DNA of 64,000 nucleotides from Mytilus edulis (Eukaryota): NCBI RefSeq assembly GCF_963676685.1, contig NC_092350.1, positions 57,226,001 to 57,290,000 of the forward strand, read 5' to 3'. Shown piece by piece: positions 38,557 to 50,329 of this stretch (position 1 is its first letter; each line of letters starts with the position of its first letter). The notes under the pieces were generated by a model. It saw only the letters and a program-made list of their open reading frames with translations, ran no database searches and was not told where the DNA came from. The position numbers and the translations under genes were made by a program.

Positions 38557-38826
38557 AGATAATCGTTGATCATCATCTCAACGAGATTGATTTTCTCGCT
38601 TAAACCAGTAATGCAAAATGTGAAAAGCAATCGATTTGAGATGACCAATGCTAATCTGTTTATCGCTATTTTACCTATGACGACGTTGTTAAGTTCATGT
38701 CAATTTCATTAGCAACGCCACGTCCGTCCTTAGTTTCTCGCGATAATTTTCCATTTCAAGCAAGTAGCATGATATGGAAAATTATCACAAAAAAGATCAA
38801 AGGAAAAATGCACAAAATAGCGATAA
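38557..38826. mobile_element. Hairpin-headed non-autonomous element
   Basis: Hairpin 38557-38657, then TTATCGCTATTTT (38660) paired with AAAATAGCGATAA (38814-38826). Confidence 0.55.
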
Positions 38827-39584
38827 TAACATTTTATGTAAAACGTTCTGAGTTCTGATGGAATTTTATCAGCCAGCAGTGCATTTGATAATCTAAACTT
38901 AACGAAACTGCAAACACATTTTAACCGTGTCCAAAAGTGATAAAGCGTGCTCAGATGTCTCAGCGACTATGTGGGGACCCAACACGTTTTAGGCAATGTT
39001 TGATTCACAAATATAATACAAAAATCATATGAGACGTCAATTGACATTTTCCCTACCACGGTTCATTGAAGCTTTATTGGTGACAATCTTGTGCATGAAA
39101 ATGTTTCACAACAGTTTGTTTAAACAGGACATTTTCTATATAGTTTTTTTTGTTATTAACTTTCGAAACCGAAGCCTTTTTGTTGCTTTTGTGAAAGTTA
39201 CGATTTTAAATCGTGGATATCTTCTATTTAGTATAAAGTGAGTATTTCGGAAAATGATACACAGGCTATTTAATTTAAATATGTTCACATCATACCAGAA
39301 TATCAAACCTAGACATTAATTTTAGTCCGTTGATATAGAAAATATAGAATTTTTAATTGTTTTAAGGTAAAAATTATTAAAATAATCAACTGAATTTCTA
39401 CGGTTTTTTTCTAGGCGAGGGGAGTTTACCTCAATTTAACATAATTAACATAGCACTTTATCATTGTCCTAATTATGTTTATTTTAGTTTTCGTGGACTT
39501 AAACCTGTTCGGACCAGTTTTATAAATTATCGCGAAAGGACGTACAACGACGCAGTATATGTTATCATTAGCGTCAAAATCGAG

Positions 39585-39643
39585 TATAAAAGCTGAAAAA
39601 AAATATATTAAGTTAAAAGTCTACAATATTTGCTCATGTAAGT
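39585..39643 (+). promoter_or_regulatory. TATA box and non-coding exon 1 of locus E
   Basis: GCGTCAAAATCGAGTATAAAAGC (TATA 39585-39591); donor GTAAGT 39638-39643. Confidence 0.72.
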
Positions 39644-40441
39644 ACAATTATTGCAATTATAAATACAGAATTTAAGGAAGATATTTTGTTCAAAGCGATA
39701 ATATTTGTAAACTAAATTTGATTTTTAACACTTATTTAATCTTAACAGCTCCCTAAAGTATGTGCAAGATTACAACATTTGCAGTGTTTCAGGCAATTTT
39801 TGAATTTATCCACTGCGATAACTTAAGTACTGTTCAGAAATTTCCCTTGCAGTGGATACATTTTTGTAAGTCTTATAATCGACTGAAATGCTAAACTTGT
39901 CTGAATCATTCATTGCTCATACTGATTGTTTATATACTTCGCAAATCATTGTGACATTTTCAGACTAGAATTCATTAACTCGTTTACTTTTATAAAGAAG
40001 TATGTGACGCTGACAATTAGGTTCATAACAAATGATTCTAAGAAGCAAATGGTAAATTTTCAAAAGAATTGAAAATGAAGGAGCTAAAAAAACAAATATA
40101 TCAAGTACATGTTGCTTAATCAAAATAATTTTAAAATTAGTGTTAATTTACATAATGTAATAGAAATTGACTCACTATATATTTGAACTTTGTCCTGGAA
40201 ATAGATTTACCTGCAAAGGTATAGGTAGTTGGCATATGCAAATCGCTAGAGTATAAAAAGAATTATCCTTTTTGAAATGTAATACTCCTGCAACAATTTG
40301 AAACTAACTTGTTTGAAATCATCATTACCATTTCGAAACCTGCAAAAAACGGTTCTTTATAACGAATTGTTATCATTGAAAATAAATAAATAAAAACTAT
40401 GTTTACTTTGTAGTGTCTTGCATAGAAAAGAAACCAGAAGA

Positions 40442-42756
40442 ATGAAGATGTCTATTTGTTTAGTTGCCAGTCTGTTGTTAGTGTTTGTTGGAGGTAAATA
40501 TTTTAAGATGACGCTTATTTCTTAATTTCCGAAATTTGATAATATAAATGCGATTTATGTGTGCTAATAAAAAATAGTAAAATTATGCTACAACATTTTT
40601 TGTACAATTAAAGATACGGAATGAATAAATATTTTTTTAAACAAATAACCTGTCAGTAGAAATGGACAAAACATATTTATTTTTTAACATTTATAATACT
40701 ATTTATACATTGTGTGTTGTAATAGGTATTTTCGTATGTGCGTAATGTCGTGTTAATGATATGTACGTGTATTTCCTCTTTGCTTTTCTCTACGTTATTT
40801 TGCCTCCTTGTGAATTTGTGAGTCATGCACACTATGTTGACTAAGAAGTGATGATGTTTGGCGAAAGTTAATCTTTGAATGTTTCTACATATATTTTTTT
40901 TAAACTTTTGTTAATTGGGTAAGATTCAGAAATGTATGTTCCGTATAGAAACGTGTATATGTTCATCAATATACTGTTCGTTTTTTTTTGCATTTGTGTC
41001 GTATATAGCGGGATGTGTGTACGCTTTGACTATTTTCTAGGTGTGTTTCGTAAAAATAGATAATAATTACGATGCTGAAATATAAAAATTACTTTACTTC
41101 CAGCATCCATGGCTAATGACGAAATGATGGAGGATAATGAGCTGGCAAACCAGTAAGTTGGATTTTTTTTTTTAAGTTTGAATTTAAATCTACAATTGTA
41201 TAGATTTGAGTCTGAGTTTGAATAATCTAGTAAAAACAATATTTCGAAAAACCGTATGAGACAATAGGTTTATGGTATAATTTTAGGAAATCAAAACAAA
41301 AAAGTGTGTAAACCGACTTGTTTTCTTGCTTCAAATAGAAAACAAATATCTGTTTTGCATCTCTTTCTTTAAGATTTTTTTTTCCCATTATGTGACTGAG
41401 TATGAAGATATTAACGTAACACAAAAAAGTATTCCATATTTGTTAAAACAATCTGAGTAATGTAGATCATGCAGTAAATCACTTATTTTTCGTTGGTAAA
41501 AAAAAACAACAGTTTTTGCTCTTATTTCTAAACCGTAACTTGACCTTAAGAAGTTTACTTCTACCTCATTTAGTCTTTATGTAGAGTTATCTCATCTATA
41601 ATCTATATATAATTATTTGTACACATTAATTGCATATTCTCTTAAGAACTAGAATGACTATGTACTGCTGTTTTGCAAGATGGCATAATACATGCATCAA
41701 CTCAAAACAAATGAAAAAAAAGCAACAGTTAATTAAAAATAAAATTGCGTCGTTTTTGTAAGTGACTCATTAGCACTACCCTAAAGTTGTATTAAACGCT
41801 GCAATGGATAACAAATATTTGACACAGTGATTGTCTTTAAACTCAACATGCTGACAGACAACATGTAATATGTATAATAAGTGTAATTAGATAAGTCTTC
41901 GTTTTTGGGAATAAAAATGAACATCATATATAATAACTGCTCATGATTAATTAAACAAATAGTTAAACTCCGAATATGTATTTAACTACCATATACCAAC
42001 AGTTAAAAACAAGACACATCCTTCGATGTAAGATTGGAATTGTTATAAATTTCTAACGAGAGAAAATCTCAAATTATTGTTAAGACTTGTTGGTGATATA
42101 TTTCTTCTTAAAAGAGGAGCGAAGGTTGTCATAGAGACATTCAAACTCATAGATCAAATATAAAACTGAAAACGCCATGGCTAAAAAATAAAAAAAGACA
42201 AACACAACATAGAAAACTAAAGACTAAGTAACACGAACCACACTAAAAATGTATGTGATCTAAGTAAGGTGCTCCATATTGGTAAGCAGGTCTTTACTTT
42301 TTTTAAAGTTATTCTTGACACACCTTGTACAGATGATAGGCGCTCTCAATTCTATATACATGATAATATATATTTCATATGATAACATTATAACACTATT
42401 CTTCTTACAGTCTTGTAAAAAGAAGTGTAATACCATCACCACCTTGTGTAGATGATGGAGCTAACTGCAGGAAAAATGCATGCTGTCCTGGTTCAACCTG
42501 TGTTTATGGCAACTGCAAGTCATGTAACCCAAGAAAATGCAAAAAAGCTCGTGACTGCTGTGATCAATCTAGCTGCGTTTACGGAAACTGCAAATCATGT
42601 AACCCAAGAAAATGCAAAAAGACCCGTGATTGCTGTGGTGATTCAAGCTGCGTCTATGGAAACTGTACGTCATGTAGAGCAAGAACCTGTAAAGGAAAAA
42701 ACGACTGCTGTAAAGGATATACATGTTCATACAAGAAATGCGTAAAGAAGGATTAA
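40442..42756 (+). CDS. CRP-I: CRP-I-type four-module cysteine-rich peptide precursor, locus E (148 aa, intact; its frame is absent from the ORF track)
   Basis: Exons 40442-40493 (MKMSICLVASLLLVFVG), 41104-41152 (ASMANDEMMEDNELAN) and 42411-42756 (HLVKR|SVIPSPPCVDDGANCRKNACCPGSTCVYGNCKSCNPRKCKKARDCCDQSSCVYGNCKSCNPRKCKKTRDCCGDSSCVYGNCTSCRARTCKGKNDCCKGYTCSYKKCVKKD*). 447 nt; AATAAA 42832-42837. Confidence 0.93.
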
Positions 42757-42904
42757 GCGTGTACCAGGTACACGAATAGGGACGTTTGAAGCGATAGACT
42801 TTCATTACATACTTATGTCTATAATGTAAAAAATAAAATATAGGTAAATAGAAGATCATGATTATTTATTTTTTATAGCATTTGATTTATTTTTCTTACA
42901 TATA

Positions 42905-43290
42905 TATACAACTCGTCTAAACATCAACCGAACAATGTTAGATCTGTAAATTTGCTTTCGCAAATTTTTTGTTCTTCCCTCGCCGGGATTCGAACCAATG
43001 CTACTGAGATATCGTGACACCAAATCGCCTGCACTGTAGCCGTCCCGCTAGATCACACGACCACCTGGGCTTCATTAAAATGAAGCTACGGTGGCCGGGT
43101 GTTACCTTTCCACGTCAGTTTTAATCTAGCGTCGTACTGCAGTACATGATATATAACTGCTGGTTATCCAATGGATAAATCTGTTATAGAGCTGTCACTG
43201 GCTCAGACGTACTTATATATATATAAAGCAAATTTACAGATCTAACATTGTTGGGTTGATGTTTAGACGAGTTATATATATATATATATA
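42905..43290 (-). repeat. tRNA-like-containing repeat unit (rearranged pieces) between TA microsatellites
   Basis: 42905-43155 is the reverse complement of 47960-48205. The tRNA-like part is 43070-42976, with B box GGTTCGAATCC. Smaller pieces 43160-43275 are in the opposite orientation. Confidence 0.75.
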
Positions 43291-44042
43291 TAAGTGTCTA
43301 AGAATGTAACTTTAACACACAAATGAGTGTTATAAAATTAGGTGTTATATTTTATATATTATTCACGCAATATTTCGCTAAACAAATTAGCTTCATCGGG
43401 CGTGTGCATCTATCTAGGTGAAATCGGATGCATGACAAAAATATCTTTGTAGCTTGAGCTACACAAAAGTTTAACATATTGATTGATGATCTGTATAAAA
43501 CAATTTTTTGCAGTTTATTGTACATAAATATTTTATTCCTTTGGTTTCGGGTAGAACTGTTTTTCATCCCTCTCATTAAGTCCATCAGGTTCAAGAGTAC
43601 GTAGCTGATGCATCCAGAACCTTTCTCTGTTTTTTTCTCATTTCGGAGTCCCAATTTTGGTTTACCTCAATTATTTGAAAGGTGATATTTTCAAAAGTAT
43701 GTCCTGTTCTTAAGAGGTGTCTCGTAATTGGACAGTTTCTTCCTTTTGTATAGAACGACCGATGGTTGTTTAGTCTGATGTTGAATGTGGTTTCTGTTTC
43801 CCCAACATACTGCAGCTTGCAAGTTCCACAAGTAAGAATGTAAATACTATTTTCCGTTTTGCAATTAGATGTAACATAGATGTTGTATCGCTGCTTTGTT
43901 ACTGTGCTGCTGAAAGAGTGGTCAGTGTTGGCGGCTTTACAGCACTTACAGTTGCGTCTACCGCATTGTTTGTAACACCCAAATTTAGAAGTTTCGTGTT
44001 TCTTTACTTTAGATGTCACAAGTATGTCTTTGAGATTCTTGG
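43290..44042 (-). mobile_element. 3' fragment of a second Penelope-like element (GIY-YIG endonuclease)
   Basis: ORF 43591-44019: Cys-rich linker CGRRNCKCC, then IYILTCGTCKLQYVGET...RLNNHR...RHL. Frameshifted C-terminus ending PDGLNE. Bounded by (TA)n on both sides. Confidence 0.85.
43364..43404 (-). ncRNA. Minimal hammerhead ribozyme (variant core CCGAUGA)
   Basis: CACGC-CCGATGA-A-GCTAA-TTTGT-TTAGC-GAAA-TATT-GCGTG: perfect stems I and II and a tiny palindromic stem III. Confidence 0.7.
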
Positions 44043-44092
44043 ATATATATATATATAAGAAAATTATTAAAAGATAATAACGGTTTCAATGC

Positions 44093-44146
44093 ATCACTTT
44101 TTTACTAGTACTTTCACTGCTTCCGCAGATCTTCAGGTAATGTGAC
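44093..44146 (-). ncRNA. Minimal type I hammerhead ribozyme at the 3' end of the PLE
   Basis: GTCAC-A-TTAC-CTGAAGA-T-CTGC-GGAA-GCAG-T-GAAA-GTAC-TA-GTAA-AAAA-GTGAT: extended stem I, GNRA-capped stem II, palindromic AGTACT stem III, CUA cleavage triplet. Confidence 0.75.
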
Positions 44147-44268
44147 TTGTATATAAATAAAACAATTGATTGACGTTAACAATAGTATGACGTTAACAAA
44201 TACAAGAGAGACTACTTATGTCATAATGTCATTTTAAGATTTTAAAATGTTATGTTAAAATTAGAATA

Positions 44269-46708
44269 TCATTTATCATTTAATCCCGGGTTGAGAATGT
44301 TTATGAATAATTCTTCCTTCTTCCTCCGGAGAAAATCATTTTGACGATTGACCATATACAATGGAAATATTTTAAATCGTCCATTAGAACAACGATGGAA
44401 ATGGTCGTTTGCCCTGATGAGTGTTAAATCTTTATGGTTGGTTTGCTGTCTATGTAAAGTCATTCTAGTCCGCAGTTCATTTTTTTGTCTCTCCAACATA
44501 GAATTCCTCACAATTTGAACATATGAGAGAATAGATGACGTTTGAACTTTTACAAAACATATTTTGCTTAACAGTAAAATGCTTTCCATTTTTGAAATAA
44601 ATTGAACTTTCTTCTATTAAATTTTGACAAGTCATACATCGTTTATCGGTACATTTTTTTACAATTGGCACAGTTTCATTGAAGTCAAATTTCGAAGATG
44701 TTAAATATCGTTTCAGACTTTTTGACTGTCTTTTGCTGTTGATAATCTTCTTTTTCTGTAAAACTTTGTCCATTCTTTCACTTTTGTGTAAATTTGTTTC
44801 AATTTGTCGCATGAAACTAAATATGTCATAATCTCGCGGATTATAAGTTGTGACAAACGGAATAATTTTGTTTAAATTGTTGGATGATTCCTCGGTAGTT
44901 TCGGATCGCCGTGATTCTGTAGCAATTGGTCCTTTTGTCAGTGCCTTTTGAATTCCGTAATTTATTACTTGTTCTGGGTAGTGTTGCTTCTTTAAATACG
45001 CTTTTAATTCTTCCAGTCTTTTATTGCGTAATATGTCTGTACTTGTAATAGTGATTATTCTAGACGCTAGATTAAAAGGTATATTTAATTTTACATGTTT
45101 TGGATGATTTGAGTAAAAATTTAAATACATATGTGTATCAGTGTCTTTTGAGAAGATATCTGTGACAATTTCATTGTCTTCCGTTATAATAACCAAAATA
45201 TCCAAAAACGGCATTTCCCTGACATTTCTGTTAATAGTGAAACTTATATATGGATTTAAAGAATTTAAATCAGAATGAAAATCTGAGACAGATATATCCG
45301 AATTCCAAATTATAAAACAATCGTCAAGAAATCGTTTCCAGTTTTGACGTATGTAAATGGCAAATCCATTTCCGTACTTGTGACTCATTTTTTCGTATAA
45401 TAATTGTTCCAAATATCCAAGTACCAAAGTGGCATATGAAGGCGCCATTTTAGTACCCATAGCTGTTCCTTTTTTCTGATGATAGTATGTTCCGTTAAAG
45501 TAAAAAATATTTCTTTCTAGTATAATTTTCAAAGATGCAAGGATAAATTCTTTTGTTAATCTGTCTTCAATGATGTTTTCCGTATTTTCTAACCAATATT
45601 TGACGGCTGTAATTCCTAAATCATGAGGGATATTTGTGTATAGGCTGACAATATCAAAAGTAATGAGTTCGGAATTTGGGTTTACAGTCTTTGGTAGATG
45701 ATTTAAAAATTCCAAATCGTCTCGTATAAAACTTGGAACTTCTCGACATAAAGGTTTAAGCACAATGTCTATACAATGGCTTAAATTCTGTGTTACGCTA
45801 TTGGGTCCGCCCACAATTGGTCGAAATTTTAAATCATTTGGTCTTAAAAGTTCGATGTATTCACTGTTTTGTTCTGATATCGCATTTGAAATTTCCTCAC
45901 TTTTGTGAATTTTTGGTAAACCATAGAAATAGCTTTCTGAAAATTTAGAATTTGAAATGTAATCTATCTCTTCTTTAAACAATTCCGTTTCATGTTTCTT
46001 TAGTAATTTCTTAATCATTGTACTTGTTTGTCGGTCCAATTTTTTATCGGTCACCTCATAAGACATTTCATCTTGTAACATATTTAAAATATTATCTCTG
46101 TAATACTCACGGTCCATGACTACAACTGCATTACCTTTATCCGCTTCTTTTATTATTATTGATTTATCTGATTTTAAATTTTGTAATGCTGTTTTCTCCT
46201 CTCGGGTTAAATTGTCCTTGACATTTTTATTGCTTGTAAGTGAATTTGTTTTTAATGTTTTAATAGTTTCTTCTAAATCTTTATCTTTTGTTGGTCTTGG
46301 AATCCACTCTGATCTATTTCTTACCAGTGGTTTTTTTTCTTCTTCTTCGTTTTCTTCATTATCCTCACAAAAAATATAATTTATCCTCAATCTTCTGCCA
46401 GATTCATTAATGTCGGCTCCAAGTTGTGTTTTATCCTCATTAGGTGTTGGTGTAAATTTTAATCCTCTTTTAAAAAGATTTATTTCCCTTAATTGTAATT
46501 TTCTATGCGACAAGTTAATGATTCTAGGGTGCATTTTTTCTGTTGTTAGGCTATTTCCTTCGGAAATGTCTCCTTGTAATTCGTGTTGACTGATGATTGA
46601 ATTTGGTTCCGTATACTGCGGTCTGTTGTTCCTCCCCCTTTGTCGTTCATCCTGCGTTGTCCTAAAAAATGATTCTGAACGTTTTTTCCTATGTATGTAG
46701 TACCATTG
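44269..46708 (-). CDS. PLE reverse transcriptase - GIY-YIG endonuclease (ORF2; one frameshift in an A-run near 44480)
   Basis: ORF 44477-46534 contains ADKGNAVVVM, YGLPKIHK, RPIVGG, DIVSLYTNIP, GTAMGTKMAPSYA, RFLDDCF, PFLDIL, the linker CTDKRCMTC and VIYSLICSNCEEFYVGET. It continues in another frame as ELRTRMTLHR...PGLNDK* (44269). The frame is open upstream to 46708. Confidence 0.9.
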
Positions 46709-47682
46709 TCATTTACAAAATTTTGTTGTCTATTATCTGGTGCAGGATTTCTTCGTAATCTCAAATTATATTTATTCTGATTCGCATTTGTTGTTTGTTT
46801 AGAATAATGCTTTTGATTTTGATGATACTTTGGATTATTTCGGGGCTGGATATTTGTGTGCGGACTATGTGATACTACTGCTTGGTTTGTTGGGTTATTG
46901 TCGGTATTGTGTGAAGTTCCGGGATACTTTCTTTGTACTTTTCTTTCTTTCCGTTGAAAGGTTTTCTTTCTGTATGCGTTATCAATCTGTGTGTTTTCTT
47001 CAGTAACGAATAAATCACCGAAATGTTCTTCGTATTCTTCAAGCCATAGCTGTTTCCGTTCCCAGATTTGTACAGATTTAATTTCTTCTTTTTCACAATC
47101 AGATCTCCATCAATTGTTAATACATGTACTATCTGTGATTTCGGCGTTAAATTTTGCAACAAAAGTTTCGTACATTTCTTCATCTATTTTTTTGTAGTTA
47201 TGTTCATATCTGTTAGCTTTATTTTTCAAAAGTTTAATTTCAACCTCAAAATTACGAATAGCATTCTCGCGGCGAATATTAATGTCATCAGTGTATTCAC
47301 CCGGGATGGTTTTTGGTCTTAACTTTCTTGGAATTACTGGCATTTCTTTTTCCAACCATGTTTCGTAAATAATTACAGTATTTTGACTTTTAAGAAAGTT
47401 CCAGAAGTTTTGTTTTCTCTCATTTTATTTTCATTTCCATAATGAGATAATGGATTTTCTTACATTGTAAATATCTTGTGAAGAATTTATCAAAAGTTCT
47501 TGTGAGTTGACGGCTTGATGCTCATCCACAATATTGAAAGATATTTTCAGTTCTCGTTTAAGAGATTCAATGATTTTAGTTTCATCATTTTTTTGAGTCT
47601 TTGAAATATTTATCAGCTCTCTTAAATCTTCATGAATTAATATCAACTTACTTGATAATTCTTTAAATGCTGTAGTCTCCAT
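46546..47682 (-). pseudogene. Disrupted ORF1 of the PLE
   Basis: METTAFKEL...SLWK*K*NERKQNFWNFLK...TWLEKEMPVIPRKLRPK... is one frame through two stops, followed by further stops/frameshifts and a Gln/Asn/Arg-rich end (46764-46546) that overlaps ORF2. Confidence 0.6.
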
Positions 47683-47699
47683 ATTAATAATGATCCTCA

Positions 47700-48200
47700 A
47701 TTGTTCGAATCCCGAAAAAAGCAAATTTACAGATCTAACATTGTTGGGTTGATGTATAGACGAGTTGTAAATACATAATGTACACAACCATGTATCACCA
47801 TCACTGCTGTGATCCGATGGATAAATCTGTTGTAGAGTTGTCACTGACTCAGACGTACTTATAAATATAATTATTTTCTGTGACTGTATCTTACATTTAT
47901 TTGTAGGATCCTTTACTATAGATAATTTAGCTGATCTGTTAAAATAACATATCCATGCCTTATATATCATGTACTGTAGTACGACGCTAAACTGACTTGG
48001 AAAGGTAACACATGGCCACCGATAGCTTCATTTTTATGAATCCCAGGTGGTCGTGTGGTCTAGCGGGACGGCTACAGTGCAGGCGATTTGGTGTCACGAT
48101 ATCTCAGTAGCATGGGTTCAAATCCCGACGAGGGAAGAACAAAAAATTTCCGAAAGCAAATTTACAGATCTAACATTGTTGGGTTGATGTTTAGACGAGT

Positions 48201-48235
<35 letters not shown>
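47700..48235 (+). repeat. ~435-bp tRNA-like-containing repeat unit plus partial second copy, ending in (TA)n
   Basis: A box TGGTCGTGTGG 48048-48058 and B box GGTTCAAATCC 48115-48125. The tail TTGTTGGGTTGATG..AGACGAGTTG repeats at 47741 and 48176. Confidence 0.75.
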
Positions 48236-48239
<4 letters not shown>

Positions 48240-50254
48240 GAACTAGATGTTCATTAGTTGTCATTTGTTGAAGTGGTTTATAAGTGTTTCTCGTTTCTCG
48301 TTTTTTGTATAGATTAGATCATTGGTTTTCCTGTTTGAATAGTTTTACACTAGTCATTTTTGGTCCTTTAAAGCTTGCTGTTCGGTGTGAACCAAGACTC
48401 ACGATCGAGATTAAATTCAAATATAAGGGCCCATGTGAAAATTATCGACAACTGTTTGACTTGCATGAAAAATGTCTTGATTGATAACAACACAACACAA
48501 ATCGAAAGAAGAAAGGCATTTAGTAAGTGTTAAAATGTAGGATCGATAGAAATAAAAATGAGAGATATACTAAGATATGGAATGTAAAAATTACACAATT
48601 GAGAATAAAGAAGGCAAGCGTCAATAACTGTAGTACACCACATGATATTCAAATAGGATCAAACTGCAGACCGTTTACTTAGCTATTCATGAACGTGACA
48701 CGCCCGCCAAAACATAAAAAAATTCAAACCATCAAATGAAAACGAAATAAGAGAAAAATGAACAAACACCAAAAACTCAAAAGAATAATTAGAAATATAT
48801 TATGAATATTATAACCGTTTAGTTTGCATTGAAGGACAAGGACAAAACAAAATTTAGAAAGTAATAATTTAATATTTGTCCGCCGAAATCAATGTAACAT
48901 GTAACATAATTTGACAAATCCTATCATATCACCAAATATGCTCTTCTTGTTGTCGTGTCCCTCGCGGAAACCGTAAAAGATAACACATTTAAATTTGTAT
49001 ATATATATTGAGTTACTTAGTTATTGTCTTTATTTGTTTTTGTTGTTGTTATATGTCACAAACTGTAAACTTTATATGGCAATAAAACTTTGAATTGAAT
49101 TGAATTGAAAAAATATATTCTTCAAACTATTAATTATTTCCTCTGGAATGCCTGTTTCAGTCGAACCGTAGATATCCAATTGCATGTTAGTATTATGTCT
49201 ATAAATCAATGTTGGTGTGCCGTTGTGTGCTTACCAATGATAAATGGATCAATAAATATTATGATGGTTTAGAAATTAATCGGCAACATTTACATCCACT
49301 GTTATTTATGTATGATATGTCAAAACAAACATTGTTTATTTATAAGCTGTATTCAGAAGCGTATCGATATTCAGAACGTTTTACTAATGGTACGCATTAC
49401 ATCTCACATCTTATCCTATATAGTGTGTTTTAAAACATGATTTTTTTTGTCTTCGGCAGTACACAAATAAAACACATAGATACTGATTATGTATACGAAT
49501 TAGACTATTTACCGGATTTGTTATTACATAACCAACACGACGGGTGCCACATGTGGAGCAGGATCTGCTTACCCTTCCGGAGCACATAAGATCGCCCCTA
49601 GTTTGGTGGGGTTCATGTTGCTTATTCTTTAGTTTTCTATGTTGTGTCATGTGTACTTTTGTTTGTCTGTTTGTCTTTTTCATTTTTAGCAATGGCGTTG
49701 TCAGTTGATTTTCGATTTATGAGTTTGACTGTCCCTCTGGTATCTTTCGTCCCTCTTTTATATGTGCACACTGCACTGAACAACTGAGAGACACAAACTA
49801 ATAAATGAAATTGCAAAGTCTTGCTATGGCAATGTTTTCAGAATAAGTCAAGTTCAGGTCGAGACATACATTTAAACAAGATAATATATAACAAACATTG
49901 TAAAATGTTATCTATATAACACCAATAGCAAATACGTCGTTTGTTTTTTATTTTGTTTCTGAATGTGTTTGCCAATGCTTTGAATTATAAAGCAAAATGT
50001 TTTTGAGTCCATGACTGTTTAATCATTTCTGTAGCTAATGATATATTTATGACAAAAAATTGCTTACATCCAAATGCATGTTGTAAACACATTTGTATAT
50101 GAAGAATGACAAGTACCTTTTTATCAAAAAAATAACATTATAATTTGTTATTCGTGTAAAGAAACATTTATCGTTGAGGGCGTGCATGCACAAAGTCATA
50201 TGTTGCATAAGCTATGTGTAAGCAGATGTTGAATATCATGTTTGTCAAATCGAG

Positions 50255-50329
50255 TATAAACACTTGAAGTTAGAGGATATCTAATTGGAAGACATTAATA
50301 CAGTAATTTTTCCATTTCCAAATGTAAGT
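50255..50329 (+). promoter_or_regulatory. TATA box and non-coding exon 1 of locus F
   Basis: GTCAAATCGAGTATAAA (TATA 50255-50260); donor GTAAGT 50324-50329. Confidence 0.68.

Larger units (their letters stand above)
44058..47700 (-). mobile_element. Near-full-length Penelope-like retroelement (ORF1 + RT + C-terminal GIY-YIG; Neptune/Naiad-like layout)
   Basis: RT and endonuclease motifs (see ORF2), upstream ORF1 remnant, 3' hammerhead, and (TA)n at the 3' junction (44043-44057). Confidence 0.9.

Noticed and set aside
42452-42859. Alternative-frame and antisense ORFs over Cys exons (also 11191-11544, 23699-24189, 53272-53521, 56142-56756)
   Set aside because: Shadows of the repetitive Cys-rich coding exons with no independent gene signals.
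48041-48135. Functional tRNA gene (also 43070-42976)
   Set aside because: A and B boxes are present, but the acceptor stem is mismatched, I cannot fold a canonical anticodon arm, and it is embedded in a repeat.
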